A stretch of DNA of 64,000 nucleotides, from NCBI GenBank assembly GCA_000165345.1, contig CM000430.1:160001-224000 (forward strand), in the 5' to 3' direction. Positions 52,061-62,079 of the stretch are shown piece after piece. Numbering within the stretch: position 1 is the stretch's first letter; the number at the start of each line of letters is the position of its first letter. Both the position numbers and the translations under genes were made by a program. The notes under the pieces are model-generated. The model did no database searches. It was given only the letters and a program-made list of their open reading frames with translations, and was not told the origin of the DNA.

Positions 52061-55000
52061 ATGAATAAGTATCTACTTATTTACCATTTTTTCCTACAGG
52101 TGGTAATTCTATTATCAATTAATGGAATTTCATTAGGAAAAGAATCTGATTTGGTAGATAACGAGGAATGTGAAAATCCGGAGTATTTGTTTCCCTGGGG
52201 GAACGATTATCTTAATTCATGTTTGAGTTTTCAATGCCATAGGGTCCGAGAACATAAAAGTTGGTATCGCTTTTGGGAAAAAAAACCAAAATATGTTCAT
52301 AAAAATATTAATGGAAGTGAACGGGTGATACAATGTTCAGACTGTGAAGGTTTTTTAAAGAAAGGAGCTCTATTTGGTGGAATGTCAATTTGTACTCCAA
52401 TTGAGTTTGGTGGTAGTTTTGATATACCAAAAGGTTGGGTATCTATAGCTACTGCAAGCTTGCAATTAAATAAGGAAATTAAGAATAAAAGCTCAATTAA
52501 GTTAATTCCAGATAACTGGAGAATTGATGGACAGACTAAAAAGACAACCTTGGACTTGTCCGCTTGTTCCACTTCTGATGATTCTGAAGTAGCTTTATCT
52601 ATATTAGTAACTTTATCAAATATAGCCGAACCTTCCAGAAAGTCCTCAAAATATAGACGTATTTTGGGTCTTCATGATGATTCAATTAATGTGAGGATTA
52701 AAACTCTTGGAGTTGATATGGGAGACTCAGCGGATGGTTTTGACGATGATGATTTGGATGATGACTTTGATGACGAATTTGATAGTGAAGATGTTCAACA
52801 AAGCATGCAACCTGATAATGGGTATAATGAGTACTTTTTGTATGATATGAATAAATTAGCTTCAACACAGCATAGGGTACCTAGAGACAACCCATCCAAG
52901 GGCAAAAAAAATAAGCGAAAAGTAAGAAAGCAAAAACCATTTACTGGTGCAGAAAAACTCCCAAGAAAATGGAAACTTAGCAAAGGCCATGCTTCGATAT
53001 ATTCATCGTCCGATGTTGTGAGGCTTGATCTTGCTTCAGATATTCACCCCAATGAACTTGTCCAAGTTATTCTTACATGTAATAACAAATATATGAATTG
53101 CAATATCCAAGACTTTGTTTCGTGCTTCAATATTCTCTGTAGATCTGTAACCAAGGAAGAGCTTATTCGTAGAGCAGCTTTAATGAAAGCTAAACGGTTC
53201 ATTTCAAATTCTATTATTTCAGGTCAAGTAGTGCCTAAAATGGCTTATAACGGCATGCCATTTCAACCCGGTTTCCCGCCTGCTATTCCAGGGCCTTTCA
53301 ATGGTCAATTCCAGTATCCACATGCAAATAATATAGTAAATGGGAATTTCATACAAAGAAATTCAACTTTGCCTATTCAAGGAGTTTCGAGTGTAGGAGC
53401 AAATTATATTCAAAATAGGGGAAAAAATGGGATTGTTATGGTTAACAATGGAGTAGGAAAGCCTGCTGAAGTAAGTAACCAAGCTAACGTTTTTGTTGGA
53501 AATAATGATGGCGTACAAAATGTAAATATAAATACCAATACTAAGACTGCTGGAATTTCTAATATTTCCCTTCAGCAACCTCCTGCAAATGTTAAAACTT
53601 CTCAGAGTACCGCAGCATCAAAGGGTATTCAAATAATTTTTGTACCAGCACAGAGTCAAACGAATGCCCACTGCCAAAGCCAAACTAACATGGTTAATGT
53701 AAATAAAGCTGTGACTAAATCATCGTTAAAACAGAAAAAGCAAAAAACCTTCATAAGTCAAAACATCATTCCAAAGGAAAACACTAATATTCCAAATCAA
53801 ATTAATAATCCTCAAATACCTACACCAAAACAATCTAAGTCTCAAATAAACCAGATCGGAGTTTATGGCCCTGCTAATCACACCGTTGTTACCTCGTATA
53901 ACTCAAATGTATTAAACACTGATATTTATCAAACTTCCTCTGAGAAAAACTTGGAGAGTCAACCAACAACAGTTTGTATACTAGCTATGGAACCTAAAAG
54001 TGAATCTAAAGTAAATGTTGCGAGTTCAAACACAATTCAGCCCGTAGAACAAACTCAATTCAGCAATGTAAAACAAGATGTTACAGTAGTTTTTAATCCT
54101 ATAAATACAGTTACAAAAACCTCAAAAACTAGCAAACGCAATACTGTGAAACAAACAACAACTAAAACTCAAGCACCAACTTTAAATATTTTATTAGTTC
54201 CTAGTAAGACTGTTAAAAGAAAGAATAATTTCAAGAAAGTTTCTAAAGTCTCTAAAAACGAGGTTAAACATGCAAATAAAACAGTAGACATTATTTTGTT
54301 AAATAGTAATTTAAATCATAAACCTAAAAAGGCTGTTGATAAAAGTAATTCAGATTATATGGCTTTGAATACAAATAATGTCCTAAAACCTCCAAAAATA
54401 ATAACAGGCAAGATAACCTACAAATTGCCTAAAAAAATCAAGAAAAGTAGCAAATCAACAAAGCCAGAGTTTAATATTATAGATACCATAGTTTTAGAAA
54501 AGGTTGATAATAAGGAACCCAGAAACAAAATTGAAAAGTTAGTCCCTGTGGATAGCTCTTCTTTAAGTGATGAGAATATTTTATTATCAGATTCTGAAAT
54601 TAGTAGCCAATACATTTCTAGTAGCCAGAAGAAACATTCTAGACAGTCGCATAGCTCCCGTTCGAAGAATAAAGCTCATAGAAAGAAGTCCATAAAAGTT
54701 ATATCTCGAGAAGACGGAGCAACTGAAAACGTTCTGCTAGATTCCAACAAACATATTTCTAATTCCGATAATAAGGCTTCTTCGGTCAAAGTAGAAAAAT
54801 ATATTCTACATCCAGTTGGCACTTCAGAAAGTTCTGAGGACTCTGAAAGTTTTAGCGAATATGAATTTGGCTCGGAAGAAATTGGATATCTGAGTGATGA
54901 AGATTTCAGTGCCCTAATTCTGAAAAAAGTTAAAGATGATTCTGCAAAGTCAGATAAATCAGTGAAAACGGAGTCCAATTCTAAAGTCTCTATTCAGTCA

Positions 55001-55252
55001 CAGAAAACAAAAAACGAAGATGATGATCAAGTTAATGAGGAGATAAAGATCAAAAATATAGAAAAGAGTGAATCTAAAGTTGAAATAGAAAATAGCCCTT
55101 TAAGTGATTCTTCTGATTATGAAATTTTTACCAAACAAAAACATTATAATTACGAAACAAGAAGCACAATGAAGTCTATCTTGGGATATTCAATATTGAT
55201 CAGTGTTTTTCTGTTCATAGTGTTCATTATTATGAAACTACTCCTGCTTTAA
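52061..55252 (+). CDS. Secreted, membrane- or GPI-anchored mucin-like low-complexity glycoprotein, lineage-specific. Parts are a signal peptide, a Cys-containing N-domain, an acidic D-rich stretch, a Ser/Thr/Lys/Asn-rich body, and a C-terminal hydrophobic anchor
   Basis: N-terminal signal (LLIYHFFLQVVILLSINGISLG). C-terminal ILGYSILISVFLFIVFIIMKLLLL directly before the stop. Long T/S/K/N/Q/P-rich repeats (TVTKTSKTSKRNTVKQTTTKTQAPT). DDDDLDDDFDDEFDSED acidic block. Confidence 0.55.
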   Translation: MNKYLLIYHFFLQVVILLSINGISLGKESDLVDNEECENPEYLFPWGNDYLNSCLSFQCHRVREHKSWYRFWEKKPKYVHKNINGSERVIQCSDCEGFLKKGALFGGMSICTPIEFGGSFDIPKGWVSIATASLQLNKEIKNKSSIKLIPDNWRIDGQTKKTTLDLSACSTSDDSEVALSILVTLSNIAEPSRKSSKYRRILGLHDDSINVRIKTLGVDMGDSADGFDDDDLDDDFDDEFDSEDVQQSMQPDNGYNEYFLYDMNKLASTQHRVPRDNPSKGKKNKRKVRKQKPFTGAEKLPRKWKLSKGHASIYSSSDVVRLDLASDIHPNELVQVILTCNNKYMNCNIQDFVSCFNILCRSVTKEELIRRAALMKAKRFISNSIISGQVVPKMAYNGMPFQPGFPPAIPGPFNGQFQYPHANNIVNGNFIQRNSTLPIQGVSSVGANYIQNRGKNGIVMVNNGVGKPAEVSNQANVFVGNNDGVQNVNINTNTKTAGISNISLQQPPANVKTSQSTAASKGIQIIFVPAQSQTNAHCQSQTNMVNVNKAVTKSSLKQKKQKTFISQNIIPKENTNIPNQINNPQIPTPKQSKSQINQIGVYGPANHTVVTSYNSNVLNTDIYQTSSEKNLESQPTTVCILAMEPKSESKVNVASSNTIQPVEQTQFSNVKQDVTVVFNPINTVTKTSKTSKRNTVKQTTTKTQAPTLNILLVPSKTVKRKNNFKKVSKVSKNEVKHANKTVDIILLNSNLNHKPKKAVDKSNSDYMALNTNNVLKPPKIITGKITYKLPKKIKKSSKSTKPEFNIIDTIVLEKVDNKEPRNKIEKLVPVDSSSLSDENILLSDSEISSQYISSSQKKHSRQSHSSRSKNKAHRKKSIKVISREDGATENVLLDSNKHISNSDNKASSVKVEKYILHPVGTSESSEDSESFSEYEFGSEEIGYLSDEDFSALILKKVKDDSAKSDKSVKTESNSKVSIQSQKTKNEDDDQVNEEIKIKNIEKSESKVEIENSPLSDSSDYEIFTKQKHYNYETRSTMKSILGYSILISVFLFIVFIIMKLLLL

Positions 55253-55276
55253 TTACTCAGAGAATTTAATTTTTAG

Positions 55277-55290
55277 TTCTGGCGGGAAAC
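55277..55290. promoter_or_regulatory. E2F-like TTCTGGCGGGAAAC
   Basis: sequence. Confidence 0.4.
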
Positions 55291-55663
55291 GAGTGTAATT
55301 TAATCAAATGTTTATTGATACTTCACGGACGTTAAGTTTTTTTTTAATTTATCCATCATTAACACATTTTAACTAGTAAGTCTAAGAATGAAGAGTCAGA
55401 AATTATGCTTTAGTTTTTTAGATTTATTTTAATTCAATTATTATTTCATTAGAGTAGGTATTTAGGTATTTTTAAGGATTTTTTCATGATTTCCGTTTTC
55501 CGGATATATGCCATATTCTCAGTAAATAATAACTTAAACCTAGTAGGGATAAATTAGTAACTTGGATTTATTATAGAAAACGAAACATGGCAAAACTTAT
55601 TTGTTTTATAACTATTGCAATAATATTGAGATTTTTCTTCCAAACAAATGAATTTTCTGTCAA

Positions 55664-55680
55664 ATTGTGGTTGGCGCCAA
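55664..55680. promoter_or_regulatory. ATTGTGG plus GGCGCC composite (ATTGTGGTTGGCGCCAA) about 120 bp upstream of the PPTA-repeat gene
   Basis: sequence. Confidence 0.45.
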
Positions 55681-55795
55681 GTTGTCTTTTGAGATAAATA
55701 ACAGAAATTATTCAAGGAATTCAAAAGTATTGTAAACCAGACAGATGATGAATACATTATGATAGTAAAGAAGGCACACATTGTTTTAGTTTAAA

Positions 55796-57109
55796 ATGAT
55801 AGTAGATTTAGAATTATATCCTAAACAGTCACTCAGATTATTATTGTTTATTAATGAGCAAGAAAAACAAAGTAAGAAAAGTACAAAATTTCTGGAATAC
55901 TGTAATGAAGAGGAAGTAAAAGAATTCCAATATTTGGATGAAGAAGATAGAATAATTATATCTGAGAGCTTCAGGGAAGTGGTGAGAGCTGAAATTAGAG
56001 AGTATATTGATTTATACATGGAGCAGTACCAAGAACCATTAAATGATAAAGAAGCTTTGGATATTAATGAAAAGCAATATACAGTTTACGGGAATTTTCA
56101 ACTCTTCAATGAACAAAAAGACACTATTTTATGGGACCTACTAACATTATTGATATACCTAGATAGCATGAATCCACAAATATGGGATAGAAGGGCAGTA
56201 TTAATAGGAGAATTATTACAAAGAATAGGATTGGAATCTGAATATATGAGATTCTTAAGCAGTGAGTTAAATCTTACAAAGCTCGCACTATGTCATACCT
56301 TTAAGTATGGGGAAATCTGGAGTTATTTGGAGTACATATTAACTGAATACTATGAAAGAATTAAAGGAAACGAGTTTAAAAGTTTGAATAATGATGAAAT
56401 TATCAATTATGTTTTAAAAGATAATTTTGAGTTTATTTGTCTACAGATAGACTCCTATGAACACAACTACCATGCTTGGAGTTTAGTTAATTGGTTAATT
56501 TATGAATTAATCCCTACAATAATTTCATCAGATGATTCAAATAAGCCTTATAAATACAATGAAATCAGGATGATCGAAAGTTGGGTAATCAAATTATTAC
56601 AAAGACATCCATCTCATTATGGAGGTTACCATGCGCTTGTGAATCTGAATGAAAGCAAAATTAATTCACAAAGTAAATCAAATAAGCTCGAAGTATGCAC
56701 AGTAATAGGGTTAGTGTACCCAGAAGAAATTATTAATATGCTTAGAGTTATTATTGAGTGTTTTGATCATCATCTTATTAACTGTTTCTCAGTAATTCTA
56801 GGCTTCAGATATGCTAATTTCATGCTTTTGATTGATTCAGTAGATGAAAGATCTCATCTTGAAATTTTTGAAAACGAAATAATGTGGTTTCAAAAACAAG
56901 ATTTGGTTGAAAAAATGTCCAAGAGTCCGAAACATCTTGAAGAATTGAGAGAACACTTTTACTCCATTTTATCAGAGATATCAAGCTATAATTATAATAA
57001 AAGCATTATACAAAAATTCTACGACCTATTAGATTCAGAAATACAAATAATAAGGCAAGAATCAACGCTGTTTTACAATAGTGATTGTTCCTATAAAGGA
57101 CTGGTTTGA
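55796..57109 (+). CDS. Protein prenyltransferase alpha-subunit repeat (PPTA) protein, PTAR1-like or prenyltransferase alpha-like
   Basis: PPTA-like repeats: PQIWDRRAVLIGELL, EHNYHAWSLVNWLIYEL and HPSHYGGYHALVNL resemble the FNTA and RabGGTA repeats (NYQVWHHRRVLVEWL, NYHAWQHRQWVI). Confidence 0.45.
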   Translation: MIVDLELYPKQSLRLLLFINEQEKQSKKSTKFLEYCNEEEVKEFQYLDEEDRIIISESFREVVRAEIREYIDLYMEQYQEPLNDKEALDINEKQYTVYGNFQLFNEQKDTILWDLLTLLIYLDSMNPQIWDRRAVLIGELLQRIGLESEYMRFLSSELNLTKLALCHTFKYGEIWSYLEYILTEYYERIKGNEFKSLNNDEIINYVLKDNFEFICLQIDSYEHNYHAWSLVNWLIYELIPTIISSDDSNKPYKYNEIRMIESWVIKLLQRHPSHYGGYHALVNLNESKINSQSKSNKLEVCTVIGLVYPEEIINMLRVIIECFDHHLINCFSVILGFRYANFMLLIDSVDERSHLEIFENEIMWFQKQDLVEKMSKSPKHLEELREHFYSILSEISSYNYNKSIIQKFYDLLDSEIQIIRQESTLFYNSDCSYKGLV

Positions 57110-57180
57110 GCTATTCACACTAAATTTTTCCCACAACTAATCAATTGATTGCTAATTTAACAAGGTTATAATTTATACTA

Positions 57181-57204
57181 TTTGGCGCCATTTGCCCACA
57201 ATAT
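57181..57204. promoter_or_regulatory. GGCGCC plus CCCACAAT composite (TTTGGCGCCATTTGCCCACAATAT; the reverse complement reads ATTGTGGGCAAATGGCGCC) about 130 bp upstream of the SAS-4-like gene
   Basis: sequence. Confidence 0.45.
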
Positions 57205-57322
57205 TAAATACCACATGTAATATAAATTAATCTTGAAGTTAAAGGAAAAATTAGAAAGCAGATGTTCTAGAATACTGAAGTAGTACTCAAGGGTGTAATT
57301 TGTAGGTAATTTATTCACTAAA

Positions 57323-59155
57323 ATGGCAGATACTCACTATCCAAATGGAAGCTTTGAAGAATATGAAGAAGAGAGCGTATATGAAATGGATAGATTAAAT
57401 ATTAATGATGAGTATATTGATGAACAAGGCGCAGAACATAATACTTCTGCATGCGCTACTAATTTGGGACTGTATAACTTTGACAGCGAGGATGATGAGA
57501 TATCAAGAGAAATTTATAAAGGATATGGAATAAAAAATGAGACAGATGGCTCAGTTACTGAAACTGAAAGAACAATCCATGAAAATGAAAATGAGAAAGA
57601 AAGTCAATTGAAAACACCACCAAAAAGACCATTTTTAAGGAAGGGAGAAGGTAAGTCCTTGGTAATAAGTAACTCAAGAAAAGCAAATGGAGAATCTATT
57701 TCTAGAAGAAGTTCCCAAATTAGGTCGAACGCAGCAGCCAAGATTGTTCCGAGCTCAGCTCCTTCCAGAAGGTTTATACGTTCAAACAAGTCAGTTGTGC
57801 CAGAAGCAGGTAGAAACAGCAAACTAGACTCGTTATTATTGGGAATTGAAAGCTCAAATTTGACCACCGAGAGTGGGGTGGAAGGATTTGAAATCTTCGA
57901 TGCTGAAGAAGAGTTTCTAGGGATTGACTGGGGCAAAGAACAGAATATTGTCAATGCAAAAAGTAATAGGGATGAGAAAATTAAGGGAAATATTACAGAA
58001 AAGGACCAAGAAAAAGACTATGACAAATTGATTCAACAAAAGTTGGATTTACTTGATGAGAAGATGGAATATATACATGAGACACACGAGGAAATGCTTA
58101 AGAAAAAGACTTTGTTGGCCAGAGAAAGAAAACTTCTTGAAAGCCAAAAAGTGACTTTTGAAAAAGAGTTGAGGGCTAAGTTTGAAAAGAGTAAGCAAGA
58201 AATAGAATCAGAAAAACGACGTTTGGAAAGAGAAAATAACAAGCTAACCAAGGATAAGATTGCCTTGAGCGATCAGGTAACTCGTTTAAAGATGACAATC
58301 AAGGCAAAAGACGCTGAGATCAATCGACTCACTAAAGAAATTACAATGATGGAGAAGAAAGAAAAAGAGAGAGAAAGTATGCAAAATAGAATCCCTATAG
58401 GAAAGAAAGAAAGCTCATCTGAAAGTGTGGAAAAGAAACGAGCTGTTAATCTGAGAGCTAATAATCAGAAAAATGGAGAATTTGAAAGAGCCAGACTTGC
58501 AGGAAACACCGGTATTACTACATTGACTACCAATTTGCAGACGACTACATCAATTTCTTCCAACTCTTCAGGTTCATTTATAGATCGGGATTTAGTTATT
58601 GAAGAACAATTGGCAGCCTTTGACTTTGAAAAGGAATTGGATTTACTATATGGAATCTTAAGTACTTGCTTTGAGTTTGTAAGTGAAGGGGAAGACTTCA
58701 CAACTTTACCAGGTATTCCTGAAGACGTAGGGAGACCATGGTGTGATATTGAAAAGCCGTATAAAGTTCAGAAAGACGACGATTTGAGAACTATTACCTA
58801 TAAGTTCCCTAGTGGACTTGTTGAAATTGTATTTTATGATGAGCAAGAGGATTCTGTTTGTCCAAAAAACACAAGAAAGTTACTTTGGACTCATCTTGGT
58901 TGGTGTATTCTAGTTTATCCAAATGGAGATATTAAAGCAATCAAACCTGACAAAAATATTACTTACCATTATGTTGAAAAAGATATTGTAAAATGCGTAG
59001 TAAGTACTATGGATCTATTGAACTATGATGGAGAAACAACTAAGCTACATTTTAGCAAGTTTTTCTCTCTTGGGCAGTTGCAATGTGTCGATCCTGAGAC
59101 TAGAAAAACATACATAATTCATTCCGATATGTCTAAGCAAATCCTTAATGGTTGA
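57323..59155 (+). CDS. Centriolar SAS-4/CPAP (CENPJ)-like protein, a coiled coil plus a C-terminal TCP10_C G-box domain
   Basis: Central heptad-rich coiled coil (about residues 230-340). The C-terminus has G-box-like repeats (ITYKFPSGLVEIVFYDEQEDSV.., ILVYPNGDIKAIKPDKNITYHYVEKD, LNYDGETTKLHFSKF). Confidence 0.5.
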   Translation: MADTHYPNGSFEEYEEESVYEMDRLNINDEYIDEQGAEHNTSACATNLGLYNFDSEDDEISREIYKGYGIKNETDGSVTETERTIHENENEKESQLKTPPKRPFLRKGEGKSLVISNSRKANGESISRRSSQIRSNAAAKIVPSSAPSRRFIRSNKSVVPEAGRNSKLDSLLLGIESSNLTTESGVEGFEIFDAEEEFLGIDWGKEQNIVNAKSNRDEKIKGNITEKDQEKDYDKLIQQKLDLLDEKMEYIHETHEEMLKKKTLLARERKLLESQKVTFEKELRAKFEKSKQEIESEKRRLERENNKLTKDKIALSDQVTRLKMTIKAKDAEINRLTKEITMMEKKEKERESMQNRIPIGKKESSSESVEKKRAVNLRANNQKNGEFERARLAGNTGITTLTTNLQTTTSISSNSSGSFIDRDLVIEEQLAAFDFEKELDLLYGILSTCFEFVSEGEDFTTLPGIPEDVGRPWCDIEKPYKVQKDDDLRTITYKFPSGLVEIVFYDEQEDSVCPKNTRKLLWTHLGWCILVYPNGDIKAIKPDKNITYHYVEKDIVKCVVSTMDLLNYDGETTKLHFSKFFSLGQLQCVDPETRKTYIIHSDMSKQILNG

Positions 59156-59256
59156 TTGGGATCTGGAAATTACCATGAAACAATTTAGTCATTAGTTATT
59201 AATTAGAATTTTCTTATTTTGTAAATATTAATATAGTTTTCAAGATATAACTAGAA

Positions 59257-61566
59257 CTAAACTAAGCTTTTCTCTAATTGAATTGTATAATGGTTTTGTA
59301 GGTGACTGGATTCCTCAAAGTCTGATATAGTTCTCCAAATACAAATTGGAAGCCTGTTAAATTTGATAATAGATTCACTGAGCTCACTATTAAGTTTAGG
59401 TAATTCAATGGAATTTACTCTATTAAGACTGAGAATCGCCCTTTCACACCCTCCTTTTGTCCCATGAGACGAAATCTCTATTTGATTTGGTTGATTTGAT
59501 GAGACAATTTGAGTAATCATTGTCTTATTGAAAATGGGTGTCAAAAAGATGGTAGGTTGAGCTTCTTGGATGTTCTGGTCTGAATAGTATTTGATTGTAG
59601 ATCTAATTAACTTCTTTGAAATGTCCCAGGAACAATTATAAGTTTTAAGTATATTCGATATATAACATACAGGAATAAGTTTCTTTAGTCTTCCAAGTAG
59701 CTCCTTATTATTTTGATGTAATTCTATCAAATTAAACTCTTCCAAAAACTTCTTAGATTTTGAATACAAGCCGTTCAAGTGCCAGTCAAAACTAGTATCA
59801 TCAATTAAGGGTTCACTTTTTCTAACATGCATTTTCATATCTGCTATTATACTTTCAAAGCCTATTTCCATTAGTATAAACTTTAAAGCTTTGATTTCTC
59901 CAAAATATTTCTTCTTTATTGATTCCCATTGAGAATATTTTTCTTTTAAATCAGAATCTTCATTTTCTGGAGAGTTTTCGTATCTCCGTCCTAAGTGTTG
60001 AGTTTCTTTGTAAATTTCGATTGCAATCCTTATAAGTTGAGAAAAAATTGTTGTATTGTCATTTCTTACTTGAGGGATAAATCTATTCTCGTAAAGTTGT
60101 TGAGTGGAAGATTTCTCCAGTTCATCAAGCAAAAGCAAAACTATTTTGAAGATGAGATTTTCGTCTCTAATACTCACAAGAAAGCTCCAAAGTAAATCCG
60201 TATAATCAGCATCAATCCTTGAACTGGAAGAGCCTTTCAACTCAAATTTATCATTTTCCACGTATGTATTAGCTTCATTATCTTGTTGTTTTGAATCAAA
60301 ATGTTCCATTATGGAGTACCCCCACATTTTGGAAAGACTTCTAATAAATTTGAAAGAGATAATTTGCAACTCTTTCTTTTCAAATTCGGTACTTGGGTTA
60401 GATGAACAATGATTTTGTAGAGTGGTATCTTTGAAATCGGAGCTGGAGTTAATTAACAGTTCCAAAAAGTTAATTCCTTCAATAATTGATACAAGAGACG
60501 GATCTTTGATTTGGTTGATGTCAATTTTCAGAAAAATTAATCCTTCATCTATACTTGAAGGATTGAGCTTTGGTATATTTGGGTATAAGACATCGTCGAT
60601 TCCCAAATTCCATCTTACAAAGAGTGAAAAACAGGTTCCAGAGAATGTATTAATACATTTTAGCCTATTAAGTTTGTTGTATAGAATGGTTTCATCATTA
60701 AGAAGAGGGTAGTTTTCCTTATTACTATTCTCATAGTAGTCACTATTATTAATTTCTGAATAAATGTCAAATCTGGAGACTGCAGAATAAGCACTTTGAT
60801 CTGAAGGTTGCGAAGAAGAGTCAGTAACTTTGCTTGGAATGATCTCATTGATTACAATTTTGTCACAAGAAGATTCCCGGTTTTCAAGTTTTGTTAATAA
60901 TCCAGTTGGATTACAAACCATATACACATTAAACTCGCAAGTTCCATCTTCTTCATTTGGATCCAATATTATATATGACACCAAACCTCTCTGTGTGGGT
61001 CCTATTTCTACTCCTAGTTGTTCTTGTTCAACATAAAATACCATTCTAGAATTCAGTTTTACTTGTTTAATAACCATAATATATAAAAGATCCCTAACAG
61101 CCTTAAAACTTAGAGGAATAAGGTTCGATTCCAGAACGATGTACTTATACTTAATATTAAAAATGATAACCTCTTTTGATATATCCTCACATTGTTCTAC
61201 GTTAGAATTGATGCCAAGAAATTGACTATAATGCTTTAATAGTCCAAGGAGGCAGTTTCTATTCATAGGAGAATTAATATCTTGACAAATACAAAGTTTT
61301 ATAGAATCAAAATCTGGATGGTCAAAAATTCTGGTTCGGAGAGATCTCACAACAGTTTGTTGCAGTTCTGGGTTCATATCTTCTTCTTGTTGAATATCTT
61401 TAAACTGTGAAATTAAAAGGAAACCCCCAGGAAACCTATTATTCAAAGAATGAAAGTTCTCATCTCTCGTGTCCAATATTAACAAATTTCCCAGTATTCC
61501 CGTCAAGTTTCCCGTATTTTCTGAAGCAAGTTCATTTAACTTGAGTAACTCGTCATAGAAGTCCAT
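59257..61566 (-). CDS. Conserved hypothetical protein, 769 aa, no recognised domain
   Basis: Long ORF from ATG at 61566 with non-repetitive composition. The GGTTCGATTCC string inside it is coincidental. Confidence 0.5.
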   Translation of the reverse strand: MDFYDELLKLNELASENTGNLTGILGNLLILDTRDENFHSLNNRFPGGFLLISQFKDIQQEEDMNPELQQTVVRSLRTRIFDHPDFDSIKLCICQDINSPMNRNCLLGLLKHYSQFLGINSNVEQCEDISKEVIIFNIKYKYIVLESNLIPLSFKAVRDLLYIMVIKQVKLNSRMVFYVEQEQLGVEIGPTQRGLVSYIILDPNEEDGTCEFNVYMVCNPTGLLTKLENRESSCDKIVINEIIPSKVTDSSSQPSDQSAYSAVSRFDIYSEINNSDYYENSNKENYPLLNDETILYNKLNRLKCINTFSGTCFSLFVRWNLGIDDVLYPNIPKLNPSSIDEGLIFLKIDINQIKDPSLVSIIEGINFLELLINSSSDFKDTTLQNHCSSNPSTEFEKKELQIISFKFIRSLSKMWGYSIMEHFDSKQQDNEANTYVENDKFELKGSSSSRIDADYTDLLWSFLVSIRDENLIFKIVLLLLDELEKSSTQQLYENRFIPQVRNDNTTIFSQLIRIAIEIYKETQHLGRRYENSPENEDSDLKEKYSQWESIKKKYFGEIKALKFILMEIGFESIIADMKMHVRKSEPLIDDTSFDWHLNGLYSKSKKFLEEFNLIELHQNNKELLGRLKKLIPVCYISNILKTYNCSWDISKKLIRSTIKYYSDQNIQEAQPTIFLTPIFNKTMITQIVSSNQPNQIEISSHGTKGGCERAILSLNRVNSIELPKLNSELSESIIKFNRLPICIWRTISDFEESSHLQNHYTIQLEKSLV

Positions 61567-62079
61567 TTTAATCTAAGGCTCCCTTTTATAAATTCTTGAA
61601 TGTCACTGATTACACTATTTCTTTTGAATCTAATTACAATCTAGATAATCTCATTTTATCAAAATTTATCCCCTTTTGTTACTTCCAGTAATTATCCCTT
61701 TCACACAAATTTTTTTTGATTATTTTCTGGTTATTTAAACATATATTAATTTATTAGCGCATTATTATACAAATATTGGCGCTAAAAAAAGTACCGTATT
61801 ATTTTGACCAGGAAAAAAGCAAGGACAAAAAGAATAGGGAATAGGAATACTTGATTCAAAAAAAGTTTAAAGTTTTCTTGGACTAGAGCTTCGAAATTCG
61901 GATTTAGGACTGAATGTCTCTTAGGAGTTTGACTGCTCTTTAGTCTAGAGGGATCCAGAGGAAAACACAAAAGGTAGTCGTTTTTAGAGCTGAATAGTTT
62001 ACCAACGGAAAGGTAGCAAACAACCATCTATCTGGATTCTTAATACTTATAAGACAGAGTTAGGTGTATTTTAATAATC

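Noticed and set aside
61118-61135. tRNA T-loop-like string GGTTCGATTCC
   Set aside because: It lies inside the 769-aa coding ORF. No acceptor stem, D-arm or anticodon arm can be folded around it
61850-62060. Moderately GC-rich stretch with short inverted repeats (GGACTAGAGC...GCTCTTTAGTCTAGAGGG) upstream of RPB5
   Set aside because: It could be a structured 5' UTR or a small ncRNA, but the stems are short and imperfect. There is no recognisable snRNA or snoRNA box, so the evidence is insufficient to call a feature
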